From Balanoglossus misakiensis (Eukaryota > Animalia > Hemichordata), in contig CM082592.2 in NCBI GenBank assembly GCA_040954595.2, positions 9,907,677-9,971,676 of the forward strand: a stretch of 64,000 nt of DNA, given 5' to 3'. A program made the translations under genes and the position numbers. Of the stretch, positions 58,023 to 64,000 are shown piece by piece; positions within the stretch are counted from its first letter, which is position 1, and every line of letters starts with the position of its first letter. Under the pieces are notes generated by a model that did not search any database, was not told where the DNA came from, and saw nothing but the letters and a program-made list of their open reading frames with translations.

Positions 58023-59675
58023 ATGACATCAGCAGAAGTACAGCTGCGAAATGCAGAGAGTTCCATCCTCTTCATGCAGCAGGAACACGCCAAGACATTA
58101 CAGGGACTTCACACAGAGATACAGAAATTACAAAAGAAGTGCTCGGAGCTTACGTTTGAGTTAGCCATGAAAACGACCACAACCGTTGATGAAGGTACGA
58201 CAATGAATAGCTAAGCATCAGTAATATACGCAATGGTTCTGTTTGGTTATTTCTTTCATTTTCCTGGGTCAATCACTCATATTAAGATTCAATCACTACA
58301 TGTCTATGTTTTTAGGGCTTCTTAATATGCATGCCACGTTTTTACTTAAAATAATTTATCCAAATAATTCAGTATAGGCACATGGTCTACCCAGTATCAA
58401 AGTTCATGTTTGAGTGTGTAAAGTTCATGTTGGGAATTTGCGGAGGAAGTTGAATGGAAAAATAAGTTACTCATTACTTCAAAAAAATATAAATGGCAGT
58501 CATTCCTATGGAACTGACAGGCAGTGCACACATCACAGTCTCAATGTTGTAGAGTAACTTTCCCACCAATATTCCCACCTGCGTCCAGAGGTTGCAATGA
58601 AATATTGATGACGTGAATCAAAATGGTCAACTATCCATTTGCAAATCTACCATTATTGCAGACAGGTCTGTGTTTGCTGGAGTCTAAGTCTAATTTCCTG
58701 AGCTGCCAGAGTCACAGTACAGACATCATCAATCTTGATTTACAGTTGGGTGGATTTCTATGGTTGCCATAGTTTCCATGATGCAGGCAGATGCCATAGC
58801 CACCATCTGTGTGTGTGGAAGCATTAGTAACAGACGGAAATGGGCAACTTTAATTTGAGGGTTCCCACATTGTGTATGAGACATTTTTGTTTGAAACACC
58901 CATTCTGTCTATATCCACAGAGTACTACATGAAGAAAATCAAGACTCTGGAAACAGAACTGAAAACGAGAAAAAGTGAAAGAGAGAACAATGAAAAAGAA
59001 ATTGAGAAAAGGGACAAAAGAGTCAGTATGTTGGAACAACAGCTGAGAGCACAAGAAAAGAAATATCGCGATGAACTGAAGCTAAAATCACAAAAGATAA
59101 ATTCCTTCTCAACTGAACTTGATAGTAAATCTACTACAATTGCATATCTCACAGCAACGCTTCACAAAGAAAAACAAAAACGCAGGGCCAGGGAGGAGCA
59201 GAATTTGGAAAAATACGGCAGCAGAGATGCCATGAATCCATTGCCTCCGAGGGAGCCAGCCTCAGGAAGTGCCAGGAGACGATCACAGCTACGGAGAAAC
59301 GCAACATCCCCAGTGCAGAACGAGGCTGTCGTCATGGCGTCGGTGAGCGAGGGACGAGTGGGAAGCGGTGGTCGTCGACCACCGGTGCTCAGGTCAGGTT
59401 CTCCGGCCGTTGCTGACCCGGCACCATTCCTTGCACCGCGCGAGACATCGGACGAGGAGATCCGTGTGGAAGTCAAACCCAGTCCTCCAGTATTACCGCC
59501 AATTCACGCACAGGACATGGAAGCTAAACACTCGGCTGTTGCCCGAAGGCATTACAGGCTTGCCAAGAAAAGGGCTAACGGGCAAGCTGAAGTGAACACA
59601 CTTGCCATTGATAAAATTGCCTCAACTGACCCTGAGTACAGACACCTGGAAAAGTCGCCTACTGACTGCAATTAA
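58023..59675 (+). CDS. CCDC92: Coiled-coil domain-containing protein 92-like. Coding exons 58023-58194 and 58921-59675
   Basis: QLRNAESSILFMQQEHAKTLQGLHTEIQKLQKKCSELTFEL (CCDC92/74 N-terminal motif), ELDSKSTTIAYLTATLH, ADPAPFL, PPVLPPI, EVNTLAID. Phase-1 GT-AG intron. Confidence 0.88.
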
Positions 59676-60761
59676 TCTGAACTTGAACTTCAAACAGATT
59701 CATGCGGAGATCTGAAATGAATAAGGGACCGTCAAATTCTAAAATACAATGTCAGTTTATTTTGGGGTCGGTGCAGTATACTTATGCAACTCAACTGTTG
59801 CAGTTATCATGAAAAATGACTGAACATCAAATTTTTTTGTACAACACTATTATTGGTTCATTTTTACCACTTTCTGCGTGTCTTTTTAAAACTATCCAAT
59901 CATTGCACATCAAATCAGGTTGGTGATTTAACAGTGAACTTTGTCTCAGACAGCAGGTTATCGCTTTGTCATGTGTGCCTATATTTTTTTATTTTGCCCG
60001 GATAGATTTTATACCAAACTATGCAGAGCCATTTTACTGCCACCTGTAAATCATTTATCATGTTATATGTCATGATTGGTGTATAAGAGGTCATGTGATT
60101 CACGTAAAGAAATGTACTCTGTCTGTGTGTACAACAGTCACTGTATTAAATATATACAATGTGTGCATCCAAACAGCCTGTCTCTGTCTGTGTTTTGATT
60201 CCCGCCAAGTTATAGACGTTCCGTGGAATACAAAGATATTCTATATATTCACAGCCCATTATAAATAAGACAATTCTGAAACGATCTAGTTAGTTGGAAG
60301 CTGGCATAAGATTAGTAGATTGGAGGTGACCCACCGTGTACAACATTGCTCTAAAGCGCCCTCATGTGATGTGAATGAGAACACGAAGTTCTCTCTCAGT
60401 GGCGCGCCATCCCCGGCCGTTCCCATGGATACACGTTCTCTCTATCATCCGCACAAATTCTAGTCACATGTTCCTCGCGTTTTCATTATTAAAACTCGAT
60501 TCATTTAGATAATATGCCTGAAGGAAAAGATAGAATACTGCATACCTCTCTCTTGAGAGAATTTAATATGATAGCTATCTTAAAATAATTTTTGTGTTAG
60601 TGATCAAGGATCTTCGAATCAAGACAAAGGATTAGAACATTCCTGGAATTAGAACACTTTCACCATGGAATTGAGTTTTTAATTCGCTGATAGCGGTACA
60701 GGAAATCGTCTTGCGCAAAACGTGAACAACATGCACGTGAAGATTTGTAGACAGAGCAACC

Positions 60762-62061
60762 ATGCCGGTGATCGAGTTTTCTTTCAAGACGCTGTTTTTG
60801 GTTCTCGCGTATTTCATTAGTTTGATCCAGTTCTTCCGTCGGTATCCCCTGTACGATTCCGAAATCAAGGACTCGATCGCCCTCCTCCGCCGTCTGCCCG
60901 GGAGTGAGTGCGGGGGAAACTTCACCATCTACCAGGTCACGGACGGAACATCATTCGTGAAAGCGGTCCTCCAGTCCGACGTAAGGGACACGAAACTGGT
61001 CAGCTGCGATATCTTGGAGGAGGGGGAGGCAGCGAGGGCTATTCTTTGGCTCAGCGGACTCATCCGAGATGGGTACGTGAATGGGAATATATTCCACTTT
61101 CTGAACAGCACGGATGAAATGGTTGATTTGCTCGCAGCGTGTCGGTACATCATGCATTGGGATGACTCCGAAGAAGAGCTCTTGGAAAAGATGAAGAGAA
61201 TGGTACTGAACCGAGGCCATGAACCGACGGACGAAATTGGGTAAGATGCGCGTGGTTTGTACTACTGTTATAGCACAAGTATTTAAGACAACTAACGCCA
61301 TGTAAATACTTTAAAGTTCTTCCGCCAATTATAACTTTTTGTGTGCAAATGACGATCCAAGGAAGACAAAAATCATACCATCATGCCACATGTCCACTGA
61401 ACTTACCGGTAGAGGGCGATCTTTCACAAACTCCATTTACTCCCTCATCCATAGCAACAACCCTGAACCAGCGTCTTCCCAGAGCAGCGCTGCCCATCCA
61501 GGAGCAGTAAAGACACTCATGAATGGAATTTATCCGGGAACTTTATGGTGTGGCTTGGACAACATAGCTGGTGATGTCTACAGTAAACTGGGTAAGAAAA
61601 AATTGAGTGATATTCAATGAATTCATGACATCATATGATCACACTTTTACCCCTATTTTTTCCACAAATTTTGGTATTTTTATAATTACTTAAAAATTAA
61701 GTATATCCACATCATCACATGTTCTAATTTACTCATAGGTCCTCAGCGGAAAGCTGACAAGTGTTGCCGTGCCCATGACCACTGTCGACCCAGTCTGAAA
61801 TCATTCGAGCACCGTTATCACCTGACAAATGAAGCCCTATGGCGGACGTCGCACTGCTCTTGCGACAGAACTTTTTATAACTGCATGAAGCGTGCAAGGA
61901 CAGAGACAGCCGATGAAGTGGGCAGGTTGTTCTTCAACGGACTCAATATGAAGTGTTTTGATTTTGACTTCAGAGAGACCTGTGTCTTGAGTTTATTTGG
62001 TGTCTGTCTCGACAAAGAATATTTATGTGCCGCTGTTGTGAGGGACAACAAGCGATACTAA
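60762..62061 (+). CDS. Group III (bee-venom-type) secretory phospholipase A2-like. Exons 60762-61240, 61455-61591, 61739-62061
   Basis: Hydrophobic N-terminus, IYPGTLWCG, DKCCRAHDHC (catalytic His, Ca-binding Asp), SHCSCD, FYNCMK, VGRLFFN..MKCF. Confidence 0.9.
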
Positions 62062-62653
62062 CAGCTATTTGTCCCAGTTTGGAAGTTTTTAAAAAATAAA
62101 CTAATATATAAAGGAATGTTTTCATCCAATATCTTTAAATAATAAATATACCAACTGTACGGCCTGCTTTGACATGAAACAACGCATTCATGCCACTGTT
62201 TCTATGGACACCAGATGCTGAAGTCATGTGATTGGTTGCTTTGTGTCACATGACTGGCATCTGAATATCACTTTCTGAGTCGTGCTCTTGGAGACATGAT
62301 AGTCATACTCTTACATGTAAAATTGCCAAAAATCAAAATTTTATTGTATGCCAATATATCACCATAATCACAAACACAATGTCCACAGCTTGCATAGATT
62401 TTTGCAATGGAAGTACATGTATACCATTTTCCTGAGCAGACACTATAAGTTTTTCTGGATAAATGAATGGTATATGGCATCTTATCAAAATGCCAATCTA
62501 CTGTCTTACACTCTAACAAGTATCCCTTCTGCCTGTATCAATTAACATATATATCATACATGATAAAAATAGGTACATCAAACTATGAAAGGATTTTAGA
62601 TTGTCAATCAGACACATTGAAAAAAAACTACAATGACTGTATTTTTGGAATGT

Positions 62654-64000
62654 TCATGTTTTTAATTTACAGTATATGGCCTCAGGATCACAGTCTTCAT
62701 ATTCCTTCATATTAGGATTATCTAAATCTCCTCTATTTGGATGATCCTTCGCATTCATATCATCTGACGGCGGCCCTGTGGTCCGTACACAGGCACATCT
62801 TGACTGGGTTGATCCAGGCTTGAAGAGTTGTCGGGGAACCCCTACCCAATCTCTTTCAATGCCACCACTAAAAAAAGTTAAAAAAATAAAAGTCACAAGT
62901 AAAATTTAAAGCTCTATCAGTTGGAATTTATTTCTGTCCAGTTATCGACTGCACACGATTGGGATATGCTCCTCACCTTTTGTTGGAACACCACACCCTG
63001 CCACCAGTTTTCTGTTTCCATTCAGAGTTACAGGGTGGGAATCTTTTCTTTACTTCCATATCAGCACTTTTTTCTTCCTCCCCTTTTGCTATCAAAGCCT
63101 CAACTTTGGCCAATTCCTCCGTTGGGTTTCCATTCTTGTCATAATATCTGCCCTGGAGTTTACCTTGAAATGGAATAGGGAATTATATTAAATGTATTCA
63201 GTTAACTTCTTGCAAGACCTCGAACATGCATCATTCTGTCTCTGACTTAATTAGTGCAAGAAGAGCACCACCATCTCCTTATTGTCATAGCTTTGCTGCA
63301 TAAATGCAGGAATGTCTGGCCAAACGAGACTAAGGTTAGTGAAACTGAAATGTCTCAGGTATATGCACTGCAATGTTTACACCCCTCCTCGTCCTCATCC
63401 ATCTTTTCCTTACCTGCATATTTATATTGCTTTTTATAGAAATCAACCCAGGATTTGACTTCTAATGATTGGGCTGGTGTGAAACCTGACAAATCGTCGA
63501 TAAGACCCTTTTCATTGAATTCACCTGTTACAAATGCTCTTGTACCATCCTTCCCTGCACAAAACAATTGAGAAAACAAAGATGAGAAAAAAGCTCCTCA
63601 GGTATAAAGTATATGATTATGGAATTAAGAATGCATGGATGATTACAATTCATCACCATGACAACACAATCAAGCAGTCATTACACACACACACGTACGT
63701 TCCGAATCAATGTATACCTGCAAAGAATTCATATCCGCCTCCAGGTCCATAATGTTTTCTCCCAGATGACACATCAAATACACTTCCTAATACTGCAACG
63801 CACAGCCCTTTACTACCAGGCCCTCCTGAGTAATCTCTCAGTTCATCAGGTGTAAACACTCTGGACGTCTGGGTGGGGGTGTTCTGTTGTTTCGCTGATC
63901 CAAATACAAGTTTCAATTTTTCTATCAAGTCGATCACAATCTGTTTACACGCCTGTAATGTTTCTGGATTCTTTGTAAAATAGTATCCGCCCAAAACGGC
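62654..64000 (-). CDS. CYB5D2: Neuferricin (cytochrome b5 domain-containing 2, MAPR family), 3' part; start lies beyond the right edge
   Basis: [65 protein letters not shown]...RCACV. Confidence 0.93.

Overview
Gene-dense, intron-rich animal genomic DNA, not prokaryotic; an invertebrate bilaterian, plausibly a deuterostome such as a hemichordate (inference). I reconstructed 11 protein-coding genes by hand from splice sites and motifs: NLK (-, runs off the left edge), MDH2 (-), STYXL1 (+), PIWIL1-like (-), ADCY10/sAC-like (-), ERAL1 (+), ASPHD2-like (+), PRPF8 (-), CCDC92 (+), a group III sPLA2 (+) and CYB5D2 (-, runs off the right edge). Non-coding features: a U12-type intron in NLK, a 7 x ~209 bp tandem array, a 590 bp fold-back DNA transposon with a 9 bp TSD in MDH2 intron 1, and three H/ACA snoRNA copies in PRPF8 introns. 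The most unusual observation is a 'soluble' adenylyl cyclase that is cut short after its STAND NTPase region and ends in a C-terminal transmembrane tail anchor. That anchor is reached only through a GC-AG intron, whose retention would give a soluble form. No database searches were run; family calls rest on recognised motifs.
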